NCBI GenBank assembly: GCA_034723415.1
Contig: JAYEOX010000031.1
Location: forward strand, 1-22,229
Direction of reading: 5' to 3'
Length of the DNA stretch: 22,229 nt
Source: Fidelibacterota bacterium
GTDB taxonomy: Bacteria; Fidelibacterota; Fidelibacteria; Fidelibacterales; Fidelibacteraceae
Shown piece after piece: positions 1 to 10,009 of this stretch. The stretch's first letter is position 1. The number at the start of each line of letters is the position of its first letter. Made by a program: the position numbers and the translations under genes. The notes beneath the pieces were generated by a model, which saw nothing but the letters and a program-made list of their open reading frames with translations, did not search any database and was not told where the DNA came from.

Positions 1-25
1 ATTCTAAGTTAATCATCTACAATAT

Positions 26-59
26 TATTCCTGAGTGTTATAACTGACACTCAGGAATA
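26..59. repeat. Inverted repeat / hairpin (13-bp perfect stem)
   Basis: TATTCCTGAGTGT (26-38) pairs with ACACTCAGGAATA (47-59), extendable by T.G and A-T around a 4-nt loop. No clear U-tract, so a terminator role is uncertain. Confidence 0.75.
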
Positions 60-119
60 TAAAAATAGTATTTAAAACACTTATTATGTCTTGATTAAAT
101 GAAGAAACAAAGCACGAAA

Positions 120-251
120 CGCTAACAATGTATATAGTTTATGGCGGGTGAAGTGCTAAATATGAACATTTTAACAGCATATAAACATCGGTGTAAGTTG
201 AAAGATTTGTGTTTCAAAAACCGCCACAAAACCATATACTAAACGTTACAG
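120..251 (+). mobile_element. Integron attC-like recombination site (long type), isolated
   Basis: CGCTAAC (120-126) and GTTACAG (245-251) provide the AAC/GTT cores. Inner arms GTATATAGTTTATGGCGG (130-147) and CCGCCACAAAACCATATAC (221-239) pair with one extra base and two A/C mismatches. Length 132 bp is within the attC range. Confidence 0.75.
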
Positions 252-281
252 ACAAAATAATAAACAAATTTTTAAATATAT

Positions 282-308
282 AAAAAAAGCCCAAAATACT
301 TGGGCTTT
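282..308 (-). terminator. Rho-independent terminator of the rplM-frr operon
   Basis: Minus strand AAAGCCCAA-gtatt-TTGGGCTTT runs into a T7 tract, 25 nt after the frr stop. Confidence 0.85.
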
Positions 309-333
309 AAAATTATATTATTTGCAGAATATT

Positions 334-891
334 TTACACTTTAAGAATTTCTTTTTCTTTTACTTTAAAAAATTCATCTATTCTATCAATATGTTTGTCT
401 GTAATTTCCTGAATTTCATCTAATCCATCGGCAACATTATCTTTTGAAATAGAATCTTCGGATTCAGATTTTTTTATCAATTTATTTGCCTCATGACGAT
501 GATTCCTTACAGATATTTTTGCTTCTTCCGCTAATTTATGAATATGTTTTACTAAATCTTCTCTTCTTTCATCTGTCATGGCAGGAATTGGTATTCTGAT
601 AACTTGCCCATCATTATTAGGATTTAAACTTAGATCTGATTTCATTATTGCTTTTTCAATCGGGCCTAGCATTTTTTTCTCCCACGGCTGAATAACAATT
701 AATCTTGCTTCCGGAACAGATATAGAAGAAACCTGATTTAATGGTGTTTGTGAGCCATAATAATCTACTTTAATTCCATCTAAAAGTGCTGTAGATGCTC
801 TGCCTGTTCTTAAACCAGCAAATTCATGTCTTAAAAATTCCAATGTCTCTTCCATTTCTTTGTCACAATTTGTTTTTATTTTAGAAAACAT
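334..891 (-). CDS. frr: Ribosome recycling factor
   Basis: 185 aa with LRTGRAS, YYGSQTPLNQV, PNNDGQVIRIPIP and KISVRNHR motifs; follows pyrH. Confidence 0.98.
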   Translation of the reverse strand: MFSKIKTNCDKEMEETLEFLRHEFAGLRTGRASTALLDGIKVDYYGSQTPLNQVSSISVPEARLIVIQPWEKKMLGPIEKAIMKSDLSLNPNNDGQVIRIPIPAMTDERREDLVKHIHKLAEEAKISVRNHRHEANKLIKKSESEDSISKDNVADGLDEIQEITDKHIDRIDEFFKVKEKEILKV

Positions 892-1608
892 TTAATCATC
901 TCCTATTTTTGTTCCTTTATTTTCACCCATCAATATTTCTTTTAAAGTCCCCGGTTCTTTAAAATTGAAAACATTTATTGGTATGTTATTTGCTTTACAT
1001 AGTGTAATTGCACTCAAATCCATTACTTTAAGATCATCCCTCAACACATCGGAATAACTTAATTTATCATATTTTTTTGCATCTGCATTTAATTCCGGAT
1101 CACTATCAAATACTCCATCAACTTTTGTTCCTTTAAGTAAAATATCTGCATCAATCTCAGCAGATCTTAATGCGGCAGCTGTGTCAGTGGAAAAATAAGG
1201 ATGACCTGTTCCTGCACAAAAAATAACTACTCTTCCTTTACTTAAATGTCTTAACGCTTTTTCTTGAATAAATGGTTCAACGATTTTATTAATATTAAGT
1301 GCAGACATAACTCGAGTTGGAATACCGGCAGCTTCAAACGAATCCTTTAATGCCAAAGAATTTATTACAGTAGCCAACATTCCCATATAATCACCATCAA
1401 TTCTTCCAATCTTTCCGCCATTGGAATTGGTTTTTGCTCCACGATAGATATTTCCACCACCAATTACAATTGCTGTTTCAACACCAAGATCAAAAATTGA
1501 TCTGATCTCATGTGAAAAATATTTTAATACATCAATATCAATTACCGATTCATTTTCACCAGCTAATATTTCGCCACTTAACTTTAGTAATATTCTATTA
1601 TAATTCAT
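892..1608 (-). CDS. pyrH: UMP kinase
   Basis: RILLKLSGE, VIGGGNIYRG, DYMGMLAT and GTGHPYFSTDTAAALR motifs; lies between tsf and frr. Confidence 0.98.
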   Translation of the reverse strand: MNYNRILLKLSGEILAGENESVIDIDVLKYFSHEIRSIFDLGVETAIVIGGGNIYRGAKTNSNGGKIGRIDGDYMGMLATVINSLALKDSFEAAGIPTRVMSALNINKIVEPFIQEKALRHLSKGRVVIFCAGTGHPYFSTDTAAALRSAEIDADILLKGTKVDGVFDSDPELNADAKKYDKLSYSDVLRDDLKVMDLSAITLCKANNIPINVFNFKEPGTLKEILMGENKGTKIGDD

Positions 1609-1626
1609 CTATAATAAATATTTTAT

Positions 1627-2220
1627 TTATTCACCTAATTGGAAACGTGCAAATTTTGAGATATTAATATTCTCCCCTAATTTACCAATTGTTTCTTTTA
1701 AATATGTTTCAATATTTTGATCAGAATCTTTAATAAATTCTTGTTCTAATAAAACATTTTCTCTGTAATATTTTTCCATTTTACCGGTAATTATTTTTTC
1801 AGCAATATGTTCCGGTTTACCTTGTTGAATTATTTGTTCTTTATATACCGCTTTTTCTCTTTCAACTAATTTTGGATCAAGTTCTTCTCTGCTAATTACC
1901 ATAGGATCAGATGCGGCAATTTGCATTGCTATATCTTTTAAAAACGATTTGAACTCTTTTGTATCAGCCACAAAATCAGTTTCACAATTTATCTGAACTA
2001 AAACACCTAATTTGCTACCCGGATGTATATATGAATAAACTGCTCCTTCTTTTGCTTCGCGGCCGGATTTTTTTTCTGCTTTGGCAATTCCTGTAGACCT
2101 TAAATGATCTACTGCTTTATTGATATCACCATCACAAGATTCCAACGCCTTTTTACAATCCATCATGCCGGCACCGGTCTTATCTCTTAACTCTTTTACT
2201 AATTTTGCACTTATTCCCAT
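1627..2220 (-). CDS. tsf: Elongation factor Ts (short form)
   Basis: VKELRDKTGAGMMDCKKAL, NCETDFVA, IAMQIAA and LLEQEFIKD motifs; 197 aa. Confidence 0.98.
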   Translation of the reverse strand: MGISAKLVKELRDKTGAGMMDCKKALESCDGDINKAVDHLRSTGIAKAEKKSGREAKEGAVYSYIHPGSKLGVLVQINCETDFVADTKEFKSFLKDIAMQIAASDPMVISREELDPKLVEREKAVYKEQIIQQGKPEHIAEKIITGKMEKYYRENVLLEQEFIKDSDQNIETYLKETIGKLGENINISKFARFQLGE

Positions 2221-2252
2221 ATTTATCTATCTCTCCCTATCAATAAAATAAT

Positions 2253-3026
2253 TTATTGTCTATTTTTTACTAATCTTCTTTTTACACTTTTAGGTTTTAT
2301 ATGTTCTGTCTTTTCTTCTTTCATATCATTTTTGGTTTCTCCACCTTTTTTCTCAGCTAATATAGTATCAGTCATTTGTTTTGCTATCAATTGAATTGTG
2401 CGATATGAATCATCATTTGCAGGTATTGGAATATCTATCAAACTCGGATCCGAATCAGTATCAACAATAGCAACTATTGGAATATCAAGTTTATTTGCTT
2501 CGGAAACTGCAATATTTTCATGATTCGTATCAGCAATAAAAAGAACTTCGGGTAAACGCTTCATGTTTTTAATACCACCAAGCACCAATTCTAATTTATT
2601 CTTTTCTTTTATAAGCTGTAAAACTTCTTTTTTTGTAAAATTTTCCCATTCGTCTTCATTTTGGCTCTCTTTTTGCAGCTTTTTCATATGACGAATACTT
2701 TTCCTTATTGTAGCATAATTGGTCAAGGTTCCACCAAGCCAACGTTCTGCAATAAAATGCATATTACTTCTTATAGCTTCATCTTTAATAATGTCCTTTG
2801 CCTGTTTCTTTGTACCAACAAAAAGTACTTCACCACCTTTTCGCACAATATTACCTATAAGATCACTTGCCTTATCTATAGCTTTAATTGTTTGTTTCAG
2901 ATCAATAACATGAATACCGTTTTTTTCCATAACCACATAATCTTTCATGGATGGATTCCATTTACTTGTTAAATGTCCAAAATGAGCTCCTGAACTAATT
3001 AATTTCTCTATTGTAATTTCTGCCAT
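2253..3026 (-). CDS. rpsB: 30S ribosomal protein S2
   Basis: GAHFGH, WNPSM, LFVGTKKQA, RWLGGTLTN and IPANDDS motifs. Confidence 0.99.
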   Translation of the reverse strand: MAEITIEKLISSGAHFGHLTSKWNPSMKDYVVMEKNGIHVIDLKQTIKAIDKASDLIGNIVRKGGEVLFVGTKKQAKDIIKDEAIRSNMHFIAERWLGGTLTNYATIRKSIRHMKKLQKESQNEDEWENFTKKEVLQLIKEKNKLELVLGGIKNMKRLPEVLFIADTNHENIAVSEANKLDIPIVAIVDTDSDPSLIDIPIPANDDSYRTIQLIAKQMTDTILAEKKGGETKNDMKEEKTEHIKPKSVKRRLVKNRQ

Positions 3027-3047
3027 TTATTTTATCTCCAATATATT

Positions 3048-3440
3048 TTAACGTTTAGAAAATTGAAAACCTCTTCTTGCACCACGCAATCCGGGTTTTT
3101 TCCTCTCAACTTTTCTAGAATCACGTGTTAAAAATCCATTCTCTTTCAATATAGAACGATTTTCAGAATCATTTGCAGCCAATGCTCGACTTATCCCGTG
3201 CCTTATTGCCCCAGCTTGACCTGTTAAGCCACCGCCTTTGACATTTACATAAATATCGTAACTTTTTTTTGAATCAGTCAATTCTATCGGCTGTAAAATA
3301 ATCATCTTATATGTTTTTCTACCAAAGTAATCATCAACTTTTCTATTGTTTATTATAATTTCACCTTTTCCCGGATTTAATCTTACTCGTGCTACCGATC
3401 TTTTTCTACGACCTACAAATATATCTACTTTCTTTTTCAT
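3048..3440 (-). CDS. rpsI: 30S ribosomal protein S9
   Basis: [29 protein letters not shown] and C-terminal [16 protein letters not shown]. Confidence 0.99.
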   Translation of the reverse strand: MKKKVDIFVGRRKRSVARVRLNPGKGEIIINNRKVDDYFGRKTYKMIILQPIELTDSKKSYDIYVNVKGGGLTGQAGAIRHGISRALAANDSENRSILKENGFLTRDSRKVERKKPGLRGARRGFQFSKR

Positions 3441-3453
3441 TTAGCCATTACTC

Positions 3454-3885
3454 CTAATTTGTTTCTAATTTCTTTGGATTTTGAGCATCGTGTGGATGAT
3501 TAGGGCCTACATAAACTTTAAGTTTTTTAATAATTTTACGACCTAATTTATTATGAGGAAGCATTCCCTTAACTGCATTAATTATAATCTTTTCAGGATG
3601 TTTCTTCCTTAACTCTTTTATTAATATAGTTTTTGTACTCCCGGGATATTCAGAATGACTAAAATACGATTTCATTTGTTCTTTCTTCCCCGTTACACGA
3701 ATTTTATCAGCATTTACAACAACAACAAAATCACCAGTATCCATATGTGGAGTAAATATCGGTTTATGTTTCCCTCTTAATATCTGAGCAATATCACTTG
3801 CTAACCTTCCTAATACTTTATCCTTAGCATCAACAACAAACCATTCATGATTTATATCATCAGGTTTTGCGGAATATGTTTTCAA
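3454..3885 (-). CDS. rplM: 50S ribosomal protein L13
   Basis: [29 protein letters not shown] and [10 protein letters not shown] motifs; TTG start with GGAGG 7 nt upstream. Confidence 0.99.
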   Translation of the reverse strand: MKTYSAKPDDINHEWFVVDAKDKVLGRLASDIAQILRGKHKPIFTPHMDTGDFVVVVNADKIRVTGKKEQMKSYFSHSEYPGSTKTILIKELRKKHPEKIIINAVKGMLPHNKLGRKIIKKLKVYVGPNHPHDAQNPKKLETN

Positions 3886-4154
3886 TTTGTATCCTCCGTT
3901 ATTTCATTTAAGTTTAATCAATTTTATAAAAAGAAATTTTATAATTTTTATAAAATTACAACTTCATTAGCTTTTCAAGTCATCTTTCCGGGACTTCCTT
4001 TAAAGCTTAGTAATATAATAATATTTTCAATAATTACAAATGTTTTTCTTTAAAATAATATTTTTATGTAATTTGATTTTTAAAAAACTCTCAAAATCTG
4101 AAAAATCACACATATTTTATATCTGCTTTTTACCAATTGCCATCACATTATCCA

Positions 4155-5024
4155 TTATACCAAACTTAATACAATAGAATTTAATTTTGCTCGTGAGTTA
4201 TCGGATCGTGACAACAACACTAATGGAACTTTTGCACCCATAACAATCCCACCGACATCTGCTTTGTCAACATAAAGCATGTGTTTTAATAAAAAATTTG
4301 CTGTGGTGATATTCGGACCTATTATTATATCAACATCACCACTAATTTTTGAATCAATTTTTTTCTTTTTTGCCGCAAGAGAAGAATAAATAACATCCAA
4401 AGCAATAGGACCTTCTGCAAGATATCCTCTCTTTGTAAATTCTTCTGCTAACTTATCTGCTTCAATTGTTGCAGGGATTCTTTCATTCAATTTTTCAATA
4501 ATCGCTGCAAATGCTATTTTAATCGGTGGCTTGGCAATTTTCTTTACAAATTCAATAGCATTATTAGCAATTGCTCGCCTTTTATCAATATTCAGATCAA
4601 TATTTATTGCACCATCTGTCACAAATAAAATTTTGTGATAACCCGGCGTATCACAAACCGCAACATGAGAAAGTAATTCACCTTTTCTTAATCCGGTATC
4701 TCTTTTTAAAATCGGGCTTAAAAAACTCGCTGTTCCGATGTCCCCTTTCATTAATACATCGCCCTTGCCATCTCTTATATCTTTAATTGCATTTTTAATC
4801 GCCTCATCAGGAGAATCGCTTTTAATTATTGTAAAATTAGTTAGTGAAGTTTCCTTTGAAAATTTGTTAATATTATCAACTATTCCATATAATCTTGTTT
4901 TAATGTAGCCCTTATCTGTTGCAGCTTTTAAAGCTTCATAAACAGGTTTAGAATTTGGGAAAACCACATTAATCGTCTTTGGTTTTTCTATATTGATCAT
5001 TTTATAAATATCTGAATAACGCAT
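4155..5024 (-). CDS. ptb: Phosphate butyryl/acyltransferase (PTA/PTB family)
   Basis: LMKG, LLSHVAV, TDGAIN, EGPIALD and GGIVMGAKVPLVLLSRSD motifs; adjacent to butyrate kinase. Substrate not determinable. Confidence 0.85.
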   Translation of the reverse strand: MRYSDIYKMINIEKPKTINVVFPNSKPVYEALKAATDKGYIKTRLYGIVDNINKFSKETSLTNFTIIKSDSPDEAIKNAIKDIRDGKGDVLMKGDIGTASFLSPILKRDTGLRKGELLSHVAVCDTPGYHKILFVTDGAINIDLNIDKRRAIANNAIEFVKKIAKPPIKIAFAAIIEKLNERIPATIEADKLAEEFTKRGYLAEGPIALDVIYSSLAAKKKKIDSKISGDVDIIIGPNITTANFLLKHMLYVDKADVGGIVMGAKVPLVLLSRSDNSRAKLNSIVLSLV

Positions 5025-5041
5025 AAAACATTCCTCTTATA

Positions 5042-6097
5042 TTATTTGTAATCATTAATTTCTATTTTGCCATCAATTGCTCGAAATCCTCCATCAGCCA
5101 TCGCTTCTAATTCATTTTCACCAGGGAAAAATATTACATTATTTTTATCCAAGTTTTTCGTCAAATGTTCTTGAATATATTTATTATGAGCTAAACCGCC
5201 CGTAATAATAATTGCTTTTACATTATAATCACATACAGAAAGCATTGCTCCTATCTCCTTTTGAATTTGATAGATCATTGCATCAAATATCAATTTTGCT
5301 TTTTTATCACCATTTTTAATTCTTTTACTAACTTCCCTGCCATCGTTAGTCCCTAAATATCCTTTTAATCCACTGTTTTTTATAAATAATAATTCTAATT
5401 CTTTTTTAGTATATTCTCCCGAATATGCCAAATCCATAACTCCTCGCAATGGCAATGCTCCTGCTCTTTCAGGTGAAAATGGTCCCATTCCTATCAAAGC
5501 ATCATTGACATCGACCATTCTTGATCTTTTTAAAGCACAAATTGAAATTCCACCTCCCAAATGAGCAACAACAAAATTATTTTTTTCAATATTCCAATTA
5601 TTTTGATCACATATTTTCCGAGTGGTCGCTTTAATATTCAATGCATGAGCTCTACTAATTCTTTTAATGCTTGGGACACCTGATATTCTGGCTACATCTT
5701 CTAACTCATCAATCGTTACAGGATCAATAATAAAAGCTTGAACCCCAAATTTCTTGCCAAAATAATCGGCAAGCATCGCTCCTAAATTACTTGCATGATT
5801 GCCGTTTTTTGCCTCTTTTAAATCTTCAACTAATTTATCATTTATTCTATATACACCACCCTTTAGTGGTTTTAATAATCCTCCTCTGCCTACCACAGCA
5901 ACTAAATCTTTAAGATCAACATCTTTTAATGATCTTTCAATTGAATCTTTTCGATATGGGAATTCGGTTGCAACATTCTTTTTGGATATTTCTGAAGTGG
6001 GCATTTCAACTTTAAATTCGTAAATTTTTTCTTTTTGATTAAAAACCCCCATTTTTGTCGTAGTTGACCCGGGATTAATTGTTAAAATCAATTTCAT
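5042..6097 (-). CDS. buk: Butyrate kinase
   Basis: INPGSTTTK, VGRGGLLKP, HASNLGA, AHLGGGIS, GPFSPERAG and PGENELEA motifs. Confidence 0.95.
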   Translation of the reverse strand: MKLILTINPGSTTTKMGVFNQKEKIYEFKVEMPTSEISKKNVATEFPYRKDSIERSLKDVDLKDLVAVVGRGGLLKPLKGGVYRINDKLVEDLKEAKNGNHASNLGAMLADYFGKKFGVQAFIIDPVTIDELEDVARISGVPSIKRISRAHALNIKATTRKICDQNNWNIEKNNFVVAHLGGGISICALKRSRMVDVNDALIGMGPFSPERAGALPLRGVMDLAYSGEYTKKELELLFIKNSGLKGYLGTNDGREVSKRIKNGDKKAKLIFDAMIYQIQKEIGAMLSVCDYNVKAIIITGGLAHNKYIQEHLTKNLDKNNVIFFPGENELEAMADGGFRAIDGKIEINDYK

Positions 6098-6255
6098 AAA
6101 TAAGCCTCCTCAAATTTTAATTTGTTCCAACACTATTAATATTTGAAATTTACAATTTTTTTTCAAAATAATCAAATAAAATTTTATAAATCTTGACTTA
6201 CTTTATCAATTATACATGCCAAATAATAAAGATATATTGTATCTAAATAAAAATT

Positions 6256-6284
6256 CTTAGCGACTTTGTGCCTTAAAAGTGAAA
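6256..6284. repeat. Degenerate CTTTGYG-type 8-bp tandem repeat
   Basis: CTTAGCGA CTTTGTGC CTTAAAA GTGAAA resembles the modules at 16625-16652 and 21450-21487. Confidence 0.35.
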
Positions 6285-6296
6285 ATAGACCAATTT

Positions 6297-8849
6297 TTAC
6301 ATTTCTGCGAGTTCCATCCACTTAATTTGACGATTTTCGAATTTATGATGTAATAATTTATTATACGGACGGACACGAACAGCATATTTGTAAATTCCAC
6401 CTTTTGGGATTTCTACTTTTCCGTAATAAATATAATAATCTTGTGATTTTTTTTCTATCATTTCTAATTCCGTAATTGAAATAGGATCTGTTTCATATCC
6501 ATCTTGCACTAAGAAAACTTCAGTTTTAACATCTTTCGGATTTAATCCATTTAGGTTTACTTCAACTTTTACATTTACTTCCAATTCATTTGTAGATTTA
6601 TTAACACCATCGATTTCTCTTATCCAAATATCATTCCAGGCATTATTTATTTTCTCTTTCCATTCTACTAATTTTGAGGAATTCACAGCTGATTTTTCAG
6701 ACATTTTATTCTTATATCTAAAAATTGGAATATAAATATCATTTACATAATCTCTAAGCATTCTACAAGTAGAAAATTTTGTTGAATTTGTTATTATGGA
6801 TTCCTTCATTCTGCTTATCCACGAAAGTGAAAATCTATTACCATTTTTCCTTTCGAAATATTCAGGTATAATAGAATTTTCCAAAGTAAAATATAAGCTT
6901 GCCTCATCATCACTATCCTGGATATCGTCGTTATCATAATCTTTATCCTCTCCAATCGTCCAACCGTTTTTTTGATTGTATCCTTCGGCCCACCATCCAT
7001 CAAGAACGGAAAAATTAATAACTCCATTTACACAAGCTTTTTCGCCGGAAGTTCCACTTGCTTCACGAGGTCGTCTCGGATTATTTAACCAAACATCAAC
7101 ACCGGAAACTAAATATCTCGCTAAAGTAATGTTGTAATTTTCAAGAATATTTATTTTCCCCAAGAATTCTTCCTGTAAAGATAAATGATAAATTTGCTTA
7201 ATAAATTCCTGTCCCGGGTTATCTGCCGGATGAGCTTTTCCGGCAAAAAATAGAACAACCGGTCTGTCGCTATTATTCAATATTCTCTTAATTCTTTCTA
7301 TATCTCTAAATATTAAAGTCGCTCTTTTATATGTCGCAAAACGCCTTGCAAATCCGATAAAAAGTGCATTTGGATCTAATTGTTCCTTAATTTTATTTGT
7401 AATATAATCCGGAATTCCATTATGTTTATTCCTCTTCTCAATATTTTTCATCGCAATATCCACTAATCGTTTTTTTCGATGAATATGTGTTTCCCACATC
7501 TTTTCCGGTGGAATGTTTTCTACTTTTTCCCACATCTTTTTATCACAAATATTTTCAAACCATCTTTTACTTAAAAATTCTTCATATAAATCCCTAAATT
7601 CTTTTGATATCCATGTTTCAGTGTGAATTCCATTGGTAACATGATTTATCGGAACTTCATTGACAGGAATATCTTTCCAATAATCCTGCCAAATCTTTCT
7701 ACTTACTTCACCATGAAGTTTACTAACTCCGTTATATGCTTTCGAGAGGTTAAATGCTAAAATTGTCATGCTAAATTTATTATCAACGGGATCACGACCA
7801 AGTCCAAAAAATCTTTCCCAATCTATGTTTAATTTTAAATGAAATTTATTGAAATATTTTTTCATTAAATCTTCATTAAATGCATCATGACCTGCCGGAA
7901 CCGGAGTATGAGTTGTAAAAATTGATGACGACGCAACAAGTTCCTTTGCAACTTCAAATGATTTTCCATTTTCAACGAATTCTCTCATTCTTTCCAATCC
8001 CAAAAATGCAGAATGGCCTTCGTTCATATGCCAAACAGTCGGAGATATTTTCATTTTTCTTAAAGATCTCACTCCTGCAATTCCCAAAAAATACTCCTGT
8101 GTGATTCTCATCTCATTATCTCCACCGTATAATTGAGAAGTTAGAATTCTATCTTCAGGAAGATTTTCTCCAATATCCGAATCAAGTAAATAAATATTTG
8201 AAATCCCAACTTTCAACTTCCAAATTTGGGCATAAGCTTTTCTATTGTGTAAATCTACACTCACTTTTAGTGGAATATTTTTTTCATCTTTCACAAGTGA
8301 AATTGGTAATTCATTAAAGTCATAACTTGGATAAATACTTTCTTGCTGACCATCTGAATTAAATCTTTGAATAAAATATCCCTGCTTATAAAGTAACCCA
8401 ATTCCAACAAGTGGAATTCCAAGATCACTTGCTGTCTTTATATGATCACCGGCTAAAATTCCCAAGCCACCGGAATAAACCGGAACAGTTTCATGAACTC
8501 CAAATTCTGTGCAAAAATATGCAACAAGAAAATCTTTTTGTTTTCCATATTCTCTATTAAACCAAACATTTTTATCTGACATGTAATGTTTATATTCTTT
8601 CATTACTTCATCAAATAATTTCACATATTCGGTGTCATTGCTTTTTTCATTTAATTTATTTTGACTTATTTCTTTTAGCATTCTCAATGGATTGTGTTTT
8701 ACTTCATACCAAAGATCCTTATCTAAATCCGAAAATAATTTTTGTGCTCTCGGTTTCCAACTCCACCATAAATTATAGCTGAATTCTTCCAATTTTTTTA
8801 ACTTTTCCGGAACTATACTTTTCACTATGATTTTTCTGAAACGATTCAT
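6297..8849 (-). CDS. glgP: Alpha-glucan (glycogen/maltodextrin) phosphorylase
   Basis: 850 aa with NLWWSW, YSGGLGILAGDH, HMNEGHSAF, FARRFATYKRA and the PLP-lysine motif EASGTSGEK. Confidence 0.96.
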   Translation of the reverse strand: MNRFRKIIVKSIVPEKLKKLEEFSYNLWWSWKPRAQKLFSDLDKDLWYEVKHNPLRMLKEISQNKLNEKSNDTEYVKLFDEVMKEYKHYMSDKNVWFNREYGKQKDFLVAYFCTEFGVHETVPVYSGGLGILAGDHIKTASDLGIPLVGIGLLYKQGYFIQRFNSDGQQESIYPSYDFNELPISLVKDEKNIPLKVSVDLHNRKAYAQIWKLKVGISNIYLLDSDIGENLPEDRILTSQLYGGDNEMRITQEYFLGIAGVRSLRKMKISPTVWHMNEGHSAFLGLERMREFVENGKSFEVAKELVASSSIFTTHTPVPAGHDAFNEDLMKKYFNKFHLKLNIDWERFFGLGRDPVDNKFSMTILAFNLSKAYNGVSKLHGEVSRKIWQDYWKDIPVNEVPINHVTNGIHTETWISKEFRDLYEEFLSKRWFENICDKKMWEKVENIPPEKMWETHIHRKKRLVDIAMKNIEKRNKHNGIPDYITNKIKEQLDPNALFIGFARRFATYKRATLIFRDIERIKRILNNSDRPVVLFFAGKAHPADNPGQEFIKQIYHLSLQEEFLGKINILENYNITLARYLVSGVDVWLNNPRRPREASGTSGEKACVNGVINFSVLDGWWAEGYNQKNGWTIGEDKDYDNDDIQDSDDEASLYFTLENSIIPEYFERKNGNRFSLSWISRMKESIITNSTKFSTCRMLRDYVNDIYIPIFRYKNKMSEKSAVNSSKLVEWKEKINNAWNDIWIREIDGVNKSTNELEVNVKVEVNLNGLNPKDVKTEVFLVQDGYETDPISITELEMIEKKSQDYYIYYGKVEIPKGGIYKYAVRVRPYNKLLHHKFENRQIKWMELAEM

Positions 8850-8920
8850 TTTTCTCCTTTAATTTGCAGATTTCACCTTATATAAACTCTGATAAGATAT
8901 TTAATTTTTTAAACAATTCA

Positions 8921-8960
8921 AAAAGAAAAACAGCTACAAATAAAATATCTGTAGCTGTTT
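8921..8960 (-). terminator. Rho-independent terminator downstream of the DUF975 gene
   Basis: AAACAGCTACA (8928-8938) pairs with TGTAGCTGTTT (8950-8960); on the minus strand the stem runs into TTTTTCTTTT. Confidence 0.85.
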
Positions 8961-9001
8961 AAATAATTTTATTCCTACTAATTGTTAGTTTGAAAATATT
9001 T

Positions 9002-9649
9002 CTATTTTTGAGCTGCTTTCAGATCATCATAGAATTTTGCATAACTAACATTTATATATGGAACTAACCAAAGAAATCCAATTCCGGCTGTCAATAAAGC
9101 TAATAAACCCCAGCCAACAAATCTCAGTCCAAGACAGAAAAATTCAAATTTGTGTCCTTTCATCATCTCCTTACTTTTTGTGATTGCCGCCAATGGGTTA
9201 ATATTTCTATCATCTGCAAGAATGAAAAAAGTCATTGAATAGGCAAGTCCTTTTACAATTCCAGGAATAATAAGTAGCAATCCCCAAAGAAGAATAAAAA
9301 GTAACATCAAAAGATAAGTGCCTAAAGCAACAAAAAATCTCTTAAATCCGTCAAATAATTGAACAACTTCTGAATCTTGTTTTCTCGAAATAGACAATAC
9401 AAAAACCGTTAATCCTAATACTAATGGACCGGCAATTATTAAAGCTGCAATATTGCCAACTACAACATTGATTTTACCAAAAACAACACTTATCCCAGCT
9501 GTAATAAGTAAATAGATCAAAGCAACTAATACTGCTTTCACCCAATTACCTTTCAATGTTTCACGAGCGTGTTTCGTAATATTTGCAAAGTTGATGAAAC
9601 TCTCATTTTCTTGAGTTACGAAACCTTTCAAAGTTTTCTCGTTTTCCAT
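9002..9649 (-). CDS. DUF975-family integral membrane protein
   Basis: A...LKGNW start, LFDGFK, LWGLLLIIPGIVK..AYSMT, SKEMMKGHK and WLVPY..A.FYDDL motifs; several TM segments; GGAGG SD. Confidence 0.88.
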   Translation of the reverse strand: MENEKTLKGFVTQENESFINFANITKHARETLKGNWVKAVLVALIYLLITAGISVVFGKINVVVGNIAALIIAGPLVLGLTVFVLSISRKQDSEVVQLFDGFKRFFVALGTYLLMLLFILLWGLLLIIPGIVKGLAYSMTFFILADDRNINPLAAITKSKEMMKGHKFEFFCLGLRFVGWGLLALLTAGIGFLWLVPYINVSYAKFYDDLKAAQK

Positions 9650-9935
9650 AATTCTTCCTCCCTTTTTTTATTAAATATAATCTAATGTATTTTTAAAAAC
9701 AATTAAATAGTTTTGAATTTTAGAATTAATATATTTTTTAAATTATAATCACTTAGTTTTTATTAATGTCCAAGTACCAAGAAAGATTATCAATATACTA
9801 ATAAATAAATATTTTCTTATTTTTAAAACAAGTTTTAGTGAAATTTTCTACTAGGATTTATTGTAATAATTATTTTTTATGTTTGTTTTAGTTTATTACT
9901 AATAACCTATATTTCCTTTTTCAAAAATATTTCAT

Positions 9936-9964
9936 TTGAATTTATCCAATATTTTTCATATATT
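9936..9964 (+). promoter_or_regulatory. Possible sigma70 promoter for asnS
   Basis: TTGAAT-N17-TATATT, 45 nt before the ATG. The region is very AT-rich, so a chance match is possible. Confidence 0.35.
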
Positions 9965-10009
9965 TAAAAATAATAATTTTAGAATCATTAATTTTGAAAA
10001 AAGGGAAAA

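Noticed and set aside
1627..2220. Truncated tsf pseudogene
   Set aside because: The frame is intact from the N-terminal motif to the terminal RFQLGE and matches the known short EF-Ts form.
3437..3448. Mini-ORF MAK* overlapping the rpsI start (similar MIF* at 18005-18016)
   Set aside because: The ATGs lie only 2 nt from the SD, too close for efficient initiation; likely chance.
9650..10009. ncRNA, riboswitch or T-box upstream of asnS
   Set aside because: The divergent intergenic region is extremely AT-rich with no stable stems or T-box motif visible.
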